Virus record (IMG/VR): IMGVR_UViG_3300025696_000002
Coordinates: 1-40,595 of that record
Length of the DNA: 40,595 bases
Strand: one strand, 5' to 3'
Origin: a virus
The position numbers and the translations under genes are program-made. Shown here piece by piece: positions 8,129 through 16,878 of this stretch. Position 1 is the stretch's first letter. Each line of letters opens with the position of its first letter. Below the pieces are notes generated by a model that did not search any database, was not told where the DNA came from, and worked only from the letters and a program-made list of their open reading frames with translations.

Positions 8129-8162
8129 AGCCTCGCAACTGGAAACAGGGCGGGGCTTTTTT
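8129..8162 (+). terminator. Rho-independent terminator downstream of the candidate late promoter
   Basis: AGCCTCGC (8129-8136) pairs with GCGGGGCT (8050s register: 8150-8157) as 8 bp including one G.U, with a 13-nt loop, followed by TTTTTT. Confidence 0.6.
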
Positions 8163-8176
8163 GTTGGGCGTATCTA

Positions 8177-8365
8177 ATGAGCGAAATTGCAGAAGCTGTC
8201 GCGGCTATCAACCATTTGGCTGATGCGATAAGCCGACAGTCGGAGGCGATTAACAGCCTCGCCCTATCAGTAGCTGCGATGCTGGATGATGGCAGCGACG
8301 TTTCGCAAGCTGATTGTTGCTACATGGACGGCACTCCCGTTGCCCACGGCGCCAAGCACACATAA
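8177..8365 (+). CDS. Hypothetical protein
   Basis: 62 aa ORF starting 14 nt after the terminator. It overlaps the upstream extension of the HNH ORF by 80 nt, so one of the two starts is wrong. Confidence 0.35.
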   Translation: MSEIAEAVAAINHLADAISRQSEAINSLALSVAAMLDDGSDVSQADCCYMDGTPVAHGAKHT

Positions 8366-8642
8366 GCCGGGCACTACAGCAGCCGGTACGCACTTGCAGC
8401 GAGGCACGGCAGCACAGCGAGGCTACGGCCACCGATGGCGGCTAGTGCGAAAGCAATACCTTAAAGCTAATCCGCTATGCGTCTACTGCATCAGGCAAGG
8501 CAGAACAACAGCAGCCAACGTGGTTGACCACATCATCCCGCACCGAGGCAATAACGCCTTGTTCTGGGATGCAGGTAACTGGCAACCGCTCTGCACAAAT
8601 TGCCACAGCTCTGCTAAGCAGAGGGAAGAAAACAAGCGCTAG
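8286..8642 (+). CDS. HNH endonuclease (terminase-associated type); start uncertain
   Basis: RGYGHRWRLVRKQYLKANPLCVYC...VVDHIIPHRGNNALFWDAGNWQPLCTNCH is the classic phage HNH found next to terminase in cos-type HK97-like phages. Confidence 0.8.
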   Translation: MMAATFRKLIVATWTALPLPTAPSTHKPGTTAAGTHLQRGTAAQRGYGHRWRLVRKQYLKANPLCVYCIRQGRTTAANVVDHIIPHRGNNALFWDAGNWQPLCTNCHSSAKQREENKR

Positions 8643-8724
8643 AAATGATATAATTTGAGACGCAAACGGAAGGCGCGACAACGCCAACCGGTTGCTAATC
8701 ACCGCGACTATTAAGGAGTTCGCA

Positions 8725-9594
8725 ATGACTAGAAAGAATAATAGCACCTGCACCAAAGTTAGAACATGTGGCTACTGCGATAGCCAGTACAGGAAGTCAG
8801 AGCAAGGTGGGTATAAGTACTGCTCAGACCCTTGCAAGATTGGCGCTATGAACGCTAAGCAGCGCAAAGGTAGCCTGACTAAGCAGGACATACTTCTACA
8901 GTACGGCCCTAGGCCGCAGAGTAAGCCTGACTGCGCATGGTGTGGCAAAAAAACCAATAGGTTCGATGCGATATTCTGCTCCAAGTCATGCGCCGGTAAG
9001 GGCAGGAAAGGGAACACAGCGCTAAAAGCCAAGCTAGCGGCTATGGCTCCTATCGTATACACAACCTTCTCTAAGCTATGCGTTGAATGCTCGACTAGGT
9101 TCACAAGCAAGACAGAAGCGGTCGATCTGTGCTCGGCTACTTGCATGGCCCTTTCGGGCAACAAAGCTAAAAGAGGTGAAGACCTAAGGGTCTGCACGGT
9201 ATGTGCTAAGCAGTGGGTTAGGCCATACGGTCGAGGGCTGACGCAGGTGTGTAGCGAAGAATGCCGGTCGGAGCGAATCAAGCAAGAGCGCAGTCGCTAC
9301 AAGAGTAAAACTGGAAGGAAGTACTACCAAAGGGCTTTGAAGTTAGGCGCTAAGGCTGAGAGGTTTAGCCCTTTAGACGTGCTGGCTAGAGACGGCTGGA
9401 AGTGCCAGCTGTGCGGATGCTCTACCCCTGAATCACTCAGAGGCAAGAACAAACCAAGATCACCAGAGCTAGATCACATACTGCCGCTGAGCAAAGGTGG
9501 CGACCACACTAGGATTAACACGCAGTGCCTGTGCAGAGCATGTAACGCGGCAAAGAGCGACGCCGAGATTGGTCAGATGCTGTTGATAGGATAG
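8725..9594 (+). CDS. Second HNH endonuclease with long multi-Cys (zinc-ribbon repeat) N-terminal region
   Basis: AAGGAG RBS then ATG at 8725. At least 6 CxxC/Cx2-4C pairs in the first ~200 aa. The C-terminus CQLCG...ELDHILPLSKGGDHTRINTQCLCRACNAAK is an HNH motif. Codon use is visibly more AT-rich than in neighbouring genes. Confidence 0.75.
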   Translation: MTRKNNSTCTKVRTCGYCDSQYRKSEQGGYKYCSDPCKIGAMNAKQRKGSLTKQDILLQYGPRPQSKPDCAWCGKKTNRFDAIFCSKSCAGKGRKGNTALKAKLAAMAPIVYTTFSKLCVECSTRFTSKTEAVDLCSATCMALSGNKAKRGEDLRVCTVCAKQWVRPYGRGLTQVCSEECRSERIKQERSRYKSKTGRKYYQRALKLGAKAERFSPLDVLARDGWKCQLCGCSTPESLRGKNKPRSPELDHILPLSKGGDHTRINTQCLCRACNAAKSDAEIGQMLLIG

Positions 9595-9660
9595 AAAGTT
9601 AACGGGGGGTATATCCAAACTGGCTAAAAGCCACCTCTGTGACCACCCCCCACCCATTTA

Positions 9661-9674
9661 TTTGCACGTGCAAA
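9661..9674. promoter_or_regulatory. Perfect 14-bp palindrome upstream of terS
   Basis: TTTGCACGTGCAAA is its own reverse complement and lies 19 nt before the terS ATG. It is preceded by a GGGGGGT (9604-9610) / ACCCCCC (~9644-9650) inverted pair. Confidence 0.35.
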
Positions 9675-9692
9675 ATGAAAATTTGAGTTTTT

Positions 9693-10103
9693 ATGGCAGG
9701 TAGACCCCGCAAGCCGACAGCATTGAAGTCGATAAGCGGTACAGACCAGTCATGCCGAAAAATTGACGAAGCCGAATACGACCCGCTGCACGATTTGCCG
9801 CCCGCGCCTAACTGGCTGCCCAACTCGCACGCGACACGCGAATATGAGCGGCTAGGCCCGATGCTAATGGCGCACAAGCTGTTGACCGCCGAGGGCATTA
9901 ACTTGTTCGCACAGTATTGCGCGCTACACGGAAAGATTGTGCAGCTTTGGACAGCTGGCGAAACACCGACCGCTCAGATGTTCAGCCAGCTCCGTGGCCT
10001 TGGTAATGATTTTGGCCTAACGCCGGTTGCACAGACTCGCGTCAGACCGCCTGAAAAGGCATCGAACAGCAACCCGTTTGCGAAACATGCCCAGCGGGCG
10101 TGA
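9693..10103 (+). CDS. Terminase small subunit (P27-family-like)
   Basis: 136 aa. N-terminal MAGRPRKPTALK and C-terminal FGLTPVAQTRV are typical of the P27/Terminase_4 family. Directly precedes TerL. Confidence 0.75.
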   Translation: MAGRPRKPTALKSISGTDQSCRKIDEAEYDPLHDLPPAPNWLPNSHATREYERLGPMLMAHKLLTAEGINLFAQYCALHGKIVQLWTAGETPTAQMFSQLRGLGNDFGLTPVAQTRVRPPEKASNSNPFAKHAQRA

Positions 10104-11763
10104 TTACGTTGCGATAGCTGACAGCTACGCCAAGCAGACAATAAAAAATAAGTACGCCGGCAAGTGGATGAAGCTCGCCGCAAAGCGATATTTGTCCGAC
10201 CGCAAGTCAAAAAAATTTATTTTCGATAAAGATAAAGCCAACGGGGCTTGTGATTTCATCGAATTGCTGCCGCACGTTGAAGGCGTATGGGAAACGCCGA
10301 CGCTGGTGCTGCATGAGTCGCACGTGTTTTTCGTGGTTAGCCTGTTCGGCTTTCGCAAGGATGACGGAACGCGCCGGTTTACATCGGCACTGTTCGCGGT
10401 AGCTCGAAAAAATGCGAAATCCACATTAGCCGCAGCCATCGGTCTTTACGTTCTAACTTGCGAGGGCGAAGTGGGCCCGCAGGTTATCAGCGCGGCAACG
10501 ACCGGCGACCAGGCCCGGATTGTGTGGAAGATCGCGAAGGCAATGGTGGAGCGCACGCCAGCGCTGCAGGAGGCTTTCGGCATACAGCCGATGGCTAACG
10601 CAATACCGTGCTTTGCCAACGGCGGCACGTTCAAGCCGATCAACGCGAAGGCATCAACGCAGGATGGATTGAACCCGTCGACGGCGATCATGGATGAGAT
10701 ACACGCGCACCCGACGCACGACCTGATTAACGTTCTAACCTCGGCGGCCGGCGCGCGAAAGCAGCCGTTGTTTTTGTACACCACCACCGAGGGTTACGAA
10801 AACCCTGGCCCGTGGCGAGAGCAGCGAGAATTTGCCAAGCGCGTGCTCGATGGAGCAGTAGAAGCCGATCATTTTCTGGCCTTTTACTTCGCAATCGACG
10901 ACGACGACGACGATTTTGATGAGCGGTGCTGGCAAAAAGCCAACCCGTTGATGTCAGTAAACCCATTAATTCTGAAAACCCTGCAGAAAGAAGCCATTGA
11001 AGCCAAGGCAATGCCCGGCAAAATGGCAGAATTTCGGATTAAACGCCTCAACCGGCCCGCCTCCGGGGCTAATGCGTGGGTAAATTTGCACGATTGGCGA
11101 GCCTGTTCCGGCCCCGTTGACCTGAAAGCGATGGAGGGGCTGCCATGCTGGGCGGCTTTCGACCTGGCCAGCACCAGAGATACCACCGCATGGCGGATGG
11201 TCTGGCGCGATGGCGACCAGTTTTATACGTGGGGCCGGTACTGGGTTCCTGATGCCGCCATTCACCAGCGCACCGCGCGCGGCAGCGCAAACTATGCGGG
11301 CTGGTGTGAAACCGGATTAATCACGCGCACGGATGGAAACGTTACGGACTACTCAGTTGTTGAGCGTGACATAAAAGAGGATTTTGAGCGGTTCAACCCT
11401 TCGCAAGTTGGATTTGATTCGTGGAACAGCACTGATTTAGTTAACCGGCTAACCGACGCGGGCTTGCCGATGGTGCAATTTATCCAGGGCCCGAAGTCAT
11501 TTAACCCGGCGATGCAAGCGCTAGAACGCAGCTACTTATCTCACCAATTATCCCACGGCGGTGACCCTGTTTTACAGTGGCACGCCGCGAACCTTATCCC
11601 GCGCTTAGATGCGAACAACAATCAAGCGCCCGACAAGAAACGGAGCGCCGACAAGATTGACGGGATGGTTGCACTGCTAATGGCTTTTGGTCTGGCTGCA
11701 GCCGACGAAGGCGACGGCGACATTATGCAATCAATTATTAACCCACTGAGGCTAGGCGCTTGA
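10087..11763 (+). CDS. Terminase large subunit
   Basis: ~558 aa from the ATG at 10087. Walker-like region ARKNAKSTLAA, then IMDEIHAH (Walker B/coupling-like) and a C-terminal nuclease-like half. Position between TerS and the portal. Confidence 0.85.
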   Translation: MPSGRDYVAIADSYAKQTIKNKYAGKWMKLAAKRYLSDRKSKKFIFDKDKANGACDFIELLPHVEGVWETPTLVLHESHVFFVVSLFGFRKDDGTRRFTSALFAVARKNAKSTLAAAIGLYVLTCEGEVGPQVISAATTGDQARIVWKIAKAMVERTPALQEAFGIQPMANAIPCFANGGTFKPINAKASTQDGLNPSTAIMDEIHAHPTHDLINVLTSAAGARKQPLFLYTTTEGYENPGPWREQREFAKRVLDGAVEADHFLAFYFAIDDDDDDFDERCWQKANPLMSVNPLILKTLQKEAIEAKAMPGKMAEFRIKRLNRPASGANAWVNLHDWRACSGPVDLKAMEGLPCWAAFDLASTRDTTAWRMVWRDGDQFYTWGRYWVPDAAIHQRTARGSANYAGWCETGLITRTDGNVTDYSVVERDIKEDFERFNPSQVGFDSWNSTDLVNRLTDAGLPMVQFIQGPKSFNPAMQALERSYLSHQLSHGGDPVLQWHAANLIPRLDANNNQAPDKKRSADKIDGMVALLMAFGLAAADEGDGDIMQSIINPLRLGA

Positions 11764-13136
11764 GCATATACAGCTGGATGCGCACAAACTGGCCTTTTGG
11801 CGGCCCGGCGCGCCGTGAAGGTCAGCAATACAGCGGCCCTGATTCGTATCAGCAAGCATCGGCCAAGCCGGTCACGTTCGATACTGCGATGCAGGTTTCT
11901 GCATTCTGGGCTTGCGTCCGGCTGATTTCTGAAACGGTTGCAGGCTTGCCGCTACAGGTTTACCGCCGCACTGAATCAGGCTGGGAAGTTGACCGTATGC
12001 ACCCGCTCAGCGTGCTTTTTTCCGGAAAGGTTAACCGCTACCAGACCAAGCACGAATTTATCGAATGCCAAATGCTGGCGCTGGCAACGCAGGGTAACTG
12101 CTACGCTAAAATCCAGCGAGGAGCCGGTGGCGACATTGTTTCACTGCTGCCAATGCTGCCCGCTCAAACCGAAGTTAAATTGCTGGACGATGGATCGCTA
12201 ACGTACCACCACTTCACGAATCGCGGCGTTGAAGTGCTGGCAGAAGCTAGCGTATGGCACATAAAGCTATTCGGTAACACGATTGTTGGATTATCCCCGC
12301 TAGCCCACGCTCGAAATATGCTGGGATTAGCTCAAGCGGCAGAGGGCCACGCCGCTGAAATGTACAAAGGCTCGCTAAAGCCAACCGGCGTGCTGAGTAT
12401 GGACGCGATTCTAACGCCAAAGCAGCGCGCAGAGATTCGCGCCGACTACCAGGCTCTGAGAATAAGCGACGATACCAACGCCCCGCTAGTGCTCGAAGGC
12501 GGAATGAAGTTCCAGCAAGTCAGCCTGTCGCCTAGCGATATGCAAATGCTGGAGTCTCGCCAGTTTCAGACTCAGGAAATTTGCCGCTTTATGGGCGTTC
12601 CCTCGGTACTGGTTAACGACACCAGCGGGACAACCGCATGGGGCAGCGGCATTCAGCAGATCATCGAGGGCTGGTACAAGCTGGGATTGTCGCCATACCT
12701 TAACCGCACAGAGAGCAGCATTCACTGTCATTTGCTCTCGATTGATGAGCGAAGCGATCACAAGATTGATTTTGATATGGATGCGCTGTTGCGAGCCGAT
12801 CAAAAAGCCCGTTACGACGCTTACCGCGAGGCTATTAATTCCGGCTGGATGATGCCGAACTATGCTCGCGAGAAGGAAGGAATGCCGAAGGTAGACGGCG
12901 GCGACCGATTGATCGTAAACGGCACTATGCAGCCGCTGGATAAAGTGGGCGAAAACCGGCCGATAGCGGCTGTTCAGCCCAAAGCATCAGTGGTTGAGTT
13001 CGTTATGCCGGAAGCTAACCCCGCGCCGATCAACGTTCAGCCTCCTATTGTTAACGTCACTGTCGCTGAGCCGAAAGGCAAAAAGGTTAAACACCTTGGC
13101 AACGGTGAATACGAAGTGACCTATGCAGCTAAGTGA
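11760..13136 (+). CDS. Portal protein (HK97 family-like)
   Basis: 458 aa. The FWACVRLISETVAGLPLQVY segment is typical of HK97-family portals. TTGA overlap with TerL. Confidence 0.85.
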   Translation: MSIYSWMRTNWPFGGPARREGQQYSGPDSYQQASAKPVTFDTAMQVSAFWACVRLISETVAGLPLQVYRRTESGWEVDRMHPLSVLFSGKVNRYQTKHEFIECQMLALATQGNCYAKIQRGAGGDIVSLLPMLPAQTEVKLLDDGSLTYHHFTNRGVEVLAEASVWHIKLFGNTIVGLSPLAHARNMLGLAQAAEGHAAEMYKGSLKPTGVLSMDAILTPKQRAEIRADYQALRISDDTNAPLVLEGGMKFQQVSLSPSDMQMLESRQFQTQEICRFMGVPSVLVNDTSGTTAWGSGIQQIIEGWYKLGLSPYLNRTESSIHCHLLSIDERSDHKIDFDMDALLRADQKARYDAYREAINSGWMMPNYAREKEGMPKVDGGDRLIVNGTMQPLDKVGENRPIAAVQPKASVVEFVMPEANPAPINVQPPIVNVTVAEPKGKKVKHLGNGEYEVTYAAK

Positions 13137-13458
13137 TCCCGTTCGCAAAGCCATGGGCAGCGCATTGCTTGAATTAATAAAGCTGTCCGAACTGAATTTA
13201 TACGCCGACAACGGCGATGTGATTGTAACGCTACCGCTTGGCAGCTTTCGCCAAGTAAAAGCCGGTGTTGTTGAAACGCTGGCGACAGCTCAGGGCTACG
13301 CAATAACAGATGGCACGCCCGCTAGGTATGACGTGCGCCGCAACGGGAACTTAGTTATGCGAGGCGAGGCGTCTGATTTAGGGCTAACGGATAGTTTGCC
13401 CAGCGGCGCGCTGGTTAGCTTGAGCACATTTGTTTACGAGGTAGCCAATGGAGTCTAA
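13123..13458 (+). CDS. Hypothetical protein (portal-protease insert, gene 1)
   Basis: 111 aa, operon-coupled, no motif. Confidence 0.5.
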   Translation: MQLSDPVRKAMGSALLELIKLSELNLYADNGDVIVTLPLGSFRQVKAGVVETLATAQGYAITDGTPARYDVRRNGNLVMRGEASDLGLTDSLPSGALVSLSTFVYEVANGV

Positions 13459-13852
13459 ATTACCGGTATCAGGCACTGGCAAGCATCTGCGCACGATAGA
13501 GCAGAGCACCGCCGCCGGAACTGTGCATACCGAAGCCGTAGCACTTGCCGACCCGGTCAATCCTCAGGAAGTCGCCCGCGTTGTTGATGGTGCGGTGGTG
13601 GTTACTCAGGCAGCACAGCCGCTGCAGTACGTTTCCACTACGCTGTCAGCTGGTCAGCTATCAGTGCCGGGGAAGTTGATGGCCTTTCGCGTGTTTGCTT
13701 CGCTAACTGACGGTAGTTTTCGCATAAACGGCGGCGACGCTATCACCGTTAGGGCCGGAACCGGCTTCGATAGACAGGTTCAGGGCCAATCGGACAACGC
13801 GACTATTGAGTGGGTGAGCGGAACACTCGACGTTTACGCTGAATATGGCTAA
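13448..13852 (+). CDS. Hypothetical protein (portal-protease insert, gene 2)
   Basis: 134 aa with beta-rich-looking composition. No motif. Confidence 0.5.
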   Translation: MESKLPVSGTGKHLRTIEQSTAAGTVHTEAVALADPVNPQEVARVVDGAVVVTQAAQPLQYVSTTLSAGQLSVPGKLMAFRVFASLTDGSFRINGGDAITVRAGTGFDRQVQGQSDNATIEWVSGTLDVYAEYG

Positions 13853-14210
13853 CGGAATCACCACAATTCGGACGCTAGGCATTGTAAAACTGCCCGTTTC
13901 CGGCCCTGTTGAGCCGCCTGTTGATCCATCGGACGTGGTTAGCGTTGTAGAAACGGCTGCTTCTGATGCTGGCGGCGGGCTAGTTTTTGATTTGTCGCAG
14001 TTAGCGCTTACAGAAATCAGCGGCGTACTAGTTGAGCTAACGCCAGAAATTGAAAACCTTGAGGTTATCGTGCAGTCGGTCACGCCTCAAGAAGTAACTG
14101 CTTTGGTTAGGCCAGTGGCTGGCTTGGTGGGCGCTGCACTGCTCACGGCTACCGGATTGGTAGCGGGCGTAGTAGCCACGCTGACTGCTATTGGTCGCGC
14201 AGCATTATGA
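13845..14210 (+). CDS. Hypothetical protein with hydrophobic C-terminus (insert gene 3)
   Basis: 121 aa. The C-terminal GLVGAALLTATGLVAGVVATLTAIG looks like a TM or amphipathic segment. Confidence 0.45.
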   Translation: MANGITTIRTLGIVKLPVSGPVEPPVDPSDVVSVVETAASDAGGGLVFDLSQLALTEISGVLVELTPEIENLEVIVQSVTPQEVTALVRPVAGLVGAALLTATGLVAGVVATLTAIGRAAL

Positions 14211-14443
14211 TTGCGGCACTTCTGCTTAACAGGCCGCTAGTGCAGGAAGGCGGCGGATACACAGCACCGCCAACCATAAAGATCATTCAGGCCCGCTTTA
14301 AACCAGCGGGCTTTTTTATGGCCGCCATCGCCGTCGCTAAGCCGGCAGTGATTGCCGCTAGGTTTTTCGTGCCCGCTGGCAGTGCTTGGGCCGTTGCCGA
14401 TTACGAAGATATTGCCGCTGAAATAGCGGCGCTGATTGACTGA
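14207..14443 (+). CDS. Doubtful ORF (insert gene 4), interrupted by a terminator-like hairpin
   Basis: 78 aa ORF. A strong hairpin plus T-run sits at 14291-14317 inside it, and an in-frame ATG follows at 14318. Confidence 0.3.
   Translation: MIAALLLNRPLVQEGGGYTAPPTIKIIQARFKPAGFFMAAIAVAKPAVIAARFFVPAGSAWAVADYEDIAAEIAALID
14291..14317 (+). terminator. Rho-independent terminator-like hairpin
   Basis: GCCCGCT-ttaaacc-AGCGGGC followed by TTTTTT. Confidence 0.5.
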
Positions 14444-14451
14444 GGTCAACA

Positions 14452-15078
14452 ATGGAAACTAAGCAGCTCGCACTGAGCGACACCAAATTCAAAGCCGAAG
14501 GCGATGGCCGTTTTACCGGTTACGCCTCGGTATTCGGCGGGCTCGACTCTTACAACGATACGATCGTAAAGGGCGCGTACCTGGCCACCATTAAAAACCG
14601 CCAGCGGCCTATCCGCATGCGCTGGAACCACTACGGGCCAGTGATTGGCAAATGGGTCGGCATTGAAGAAGATGAAAAAGGCCTGCTGGTCACGGGTGAA
14701 ATTACCCCCGGCCACAGCGTAGCGAATGACGTTTACGCCTCGATGAAACACGGAGCAGTTGATGGCATGTCGATTGGTTTCCGCGTCATTGATTCGGAGC
14801 AAAAAGACGATATTCGCCTGCTGAAACAAATTGAATTAGTAGAGATTAGCGTGGTTGAAGAACCCGCCGACCTGGGTGCAACGGTGAGCGACATTAAATC
14901 CGCCATCGAATCGGCCCACTCACTAGCAGAATGCGAAGCAATGCTGAGAGATTCAGCACGCTTCAGTCGGAAAGATGCGTGCGCGCTGGTCAGCCGCATC
15001 AAGTTCCTAGCTCGCGGTGATCGCGCAGCTGAAGAAGAGGCCGCAGCGCTTGCGGCAGCATTCCAGCGTCACGCCTAA
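14452..15078 (+). CDS. Prohead protease (HK97 family, S78-like)
   Basis: 208 aa. FTGYASVFGGLDSYNDTIVKGAY ... GAVDGMSIGF matches the HK97 prohead protease pattern. Lies immediately before the capsid gene. Confidence 0.85.
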   Translation: METKQLALSDTKFKAEGDGRFTGYASVFGGLDSYNDTIVKGAYLATIKNRQRPIRMRWNHYGPVIGKWVGIEEDEKGLLVTGEITPGHSVANDVYASMKHGAVDGMSIGFRVIDSEQKDDIRLLKQIELVEISVVEEPADLGATVSDIKSAIESAHSLAECEAMLRDSARFSRKDACALVSRIKFLARGDRAAEEEAAALAAAFQRHA

Positions 15079-15102
15079 CACTAGGCAACGTCACCGACCA
15101 AG

Positions 15103-15123
15103 GCCCGCATTTGCGGGCTTTTT
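15103..15123 (+). terminator. Hairpin plus T-run between protease and capsid genes
   Basis: GCCCGC-attt-GCGGGC followed by TTTTT. Confidence 0.55.
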
Positions 15124-15137
15124 ATTGGAGCAAAACA

Positions 15138-16322
15138 ATGACCACCGAAGCAGTAAAAGCCGTTGAAAGCGGTTTGGAGAAAATCGAGGCAAAGCTCGAC
15201 AAGTCTCTCGAAAAATTTCAGGGCCAGATTGATGAGTCCGGCAAGGCCTCTAATGATATTCGCGACGAAGTAAAAGCCGTCGCTGAGCAGCATGAAAAGA
15301 TGAACGCTAAGCTCATCGACTTGCAGCAGAATATGACTAAAGGCTTTGACGAAGGCCGCGAATTGCCTAAGTCAATCGGTGCTCAGTTCACCGAGTCCGA
15401 TGCGTTTAAGTCCTACGCAGCTGGAGGCACCCAAAAAGCCCGCGTTGAGGTCAAAAACACCATCATCGGTGAAACGGGCGGCAATCCGAGCGGCGTATTG
15501 ACTCAAGCCGACCGGCTGGCCGGCATTGTGCCGGGCGCGTTCCGTGCTCTGCGTCTTATGGACGTGCTGCCGAGTGGCTCGACTGTTAGCAATAATATCG
15601 AGTACACCCGCGAATTGGCGTACACCAACGCGGCAGCAGAAACGTCAGAGGGCAATCAAAAGCCTGAAAGCACGCTGACGTTTGAGCTGGCCAACGCGCC
15701 GGTGCGCACCATCGCGCACATTATCAAAGTGTCTAAGCAGGCCCTCGAAGATGCGCCCGCGCTGCAGTCGTACATTGACCGCCGCATGACTCACGGCGTA
15801 CGCAACCGCGTAGAACAGCAAGTGATTAACGGTGACGGCACCACGCCTAATTTGTCCGGCATTTTCACCGCCGGCAACCACGCAGCCTTTACGCCGACCG
15901 CTGGCGATACTGCTATCGACTCGCTTAACCGTGCTAAGTACGCGGTTATCGCGGCTGATTACAGTGCTGACGTGCTGCTAATGAACCCCGCAGACTGGGG
16001 CGCAATCGAACGGCTGAAGAAAGGCGACCTCGGTTATGTTGGCGGCGAAGGCGCTGGCATTACCTACCTGATGAACGGTATGCAGCCGGTTATTTGGGGT
16101 CTGCCGGTTGTTGCCAGCAACAACATTCCTGAGGGCCAATTTGCAGCGGTCAGCATGGAAGCGTTGCAAGTGATGAACCGCAGCGGCGTTGTTATTGAGA
16201 TGTTCGAGCAGGATGCTGACAACGTTCAGAAAAACTTGCTCACCATCCGCGCTGAAGCTCGCCTGGCACTGCCAATTTACACTCCGGCCGCTATCCAAGT
16301 TGGCGCGTTAACCGCAGCGTAA
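15138..16322 (+). CDS. Major capsid protein (HK97 fold family)
   Basis: GGAG RBS then ATG at 15138. 394 aa with an N-terminal coiled-coil delta-domain-like region and the typical LLMNPADWGAIERLK segment. Confidence 0.9.
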   Translation: MTTEAVKAVESGLEKIEAKLDKSLEKFQGQIDESGKASNDIRDEVKAVAEQHEKMNAKLIDLQQNMTKGFDEGRELPKSIGAQFTESDAFKSYAAGGTQKARVEVKNTIIGETGGNPSGVLTQADRLAGIVPGAFRALRLMDVLPSGSTVSNNIEYTRELAYTNAAAETSEGNQKPESTLTFELANAPVRTIAHIIKVSKQALEDAPALQSYIDRRMTHGVRNRVEQQVINGDGTTPNLSGIFTAGNHAAFTPTAGDTAIDSLNRAKYAVIAADYSADVLLMNPADWGAIERLKKGDLGYVGGEGAGITYLMNGMQPVIWGLPVVASNNIPEGQFAAVSMEALQVMNRSGVVIEMFEQDADNVQKNLLTIRAEARLALPIYTPAAIQVGALTAA

Positions 16323-16329
16323 ATAAAAA

Positions 16330-16358
16330 GGGCCGCCCGTAACAAGGCGGCCCTTTTT
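16330..16358 (+). terminator. Strong rho-independent terminator after the capsid gene
   Basis: GGGCCGCC-cgtaacaa-GGCGGCCC followed by TTTTT. An A-run precedes it, so it could act bidirectionally. Confidence 0.75.
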
Positions 16359-16372
16359 ATTGAGGTGAAAAA

Positions 16373-16567
16373 ATGAAAGTCACAGCACTGAAAGACTTCC
16401 AAACCACAAGCTACGGCTATGTTAACCAGGGCCAAGAACTGATCGTTACCGATGAGCACGCGAAGCATTTTGAGAAGTACGGCCTCGCGTCGATAGTCAA
16501 TAATCGCGAATACGACACAAAAGTGATTCGAGAGCGGCCAAAAACCCGGAAAAAAGGCAAAAAGTGA
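16373..16567 (+). CDS. Hypothetical small protein
   Basis: 64 aa, GAGGTG RBS-like upstream, basic C-terminus. Confidence 0.5.
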   Translation: MKVTALKDFQTTSYGYVNQGQELIVTDEHAKHFEKYGLASIVNNREYDTKVIRERPKTRKKGKK

Positions 16568-16878
16568 TTGTTTCGCTAGAGCAGGCCAAGTTGCACTTGC
16601 GCCTCGACGAAGATGATCAGGACGAAATAATTTCGCTGTACATCCGCGCTGCTCAAGAACGAATTGAAGCGTATTTAAATCGCCGGGTTTTAGAGTTTGG
16701 CGACCTTGTTATTACTAACGAGATATTTGTCAACGCAGCTATACAGGCCGCCGCGTTGCTGTATATCGGCCATTTAGAGCGAAATCGCGAGAGCGTAGTC
16801 GTCGGAACCATAGCCAGTGTGTTGCCCAATGGTTTTGAGGCGCTGCTTATGCCTTACCGCTCCCTGATGGGCGTTTAG
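16564..16878 (+). CDS. Head-tail connector (gp6-like, DNA-packaging/QLRG-type)
   Basis: N-terminal VSLEQAKLHLRLDEDDQDEIISLYIRAAQERIEAYL is the typical signature of this family. Confidence 0.7.
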   Translation: MIVSLEQAKLHLRLDEDDQDEIISLYIRAAQERIEAYLNRRVLEFGDLVITNEIFVNAAIQAAALLYIGHLERNRESVVVGTIASVLPNGFEALLMPYRSLMGV

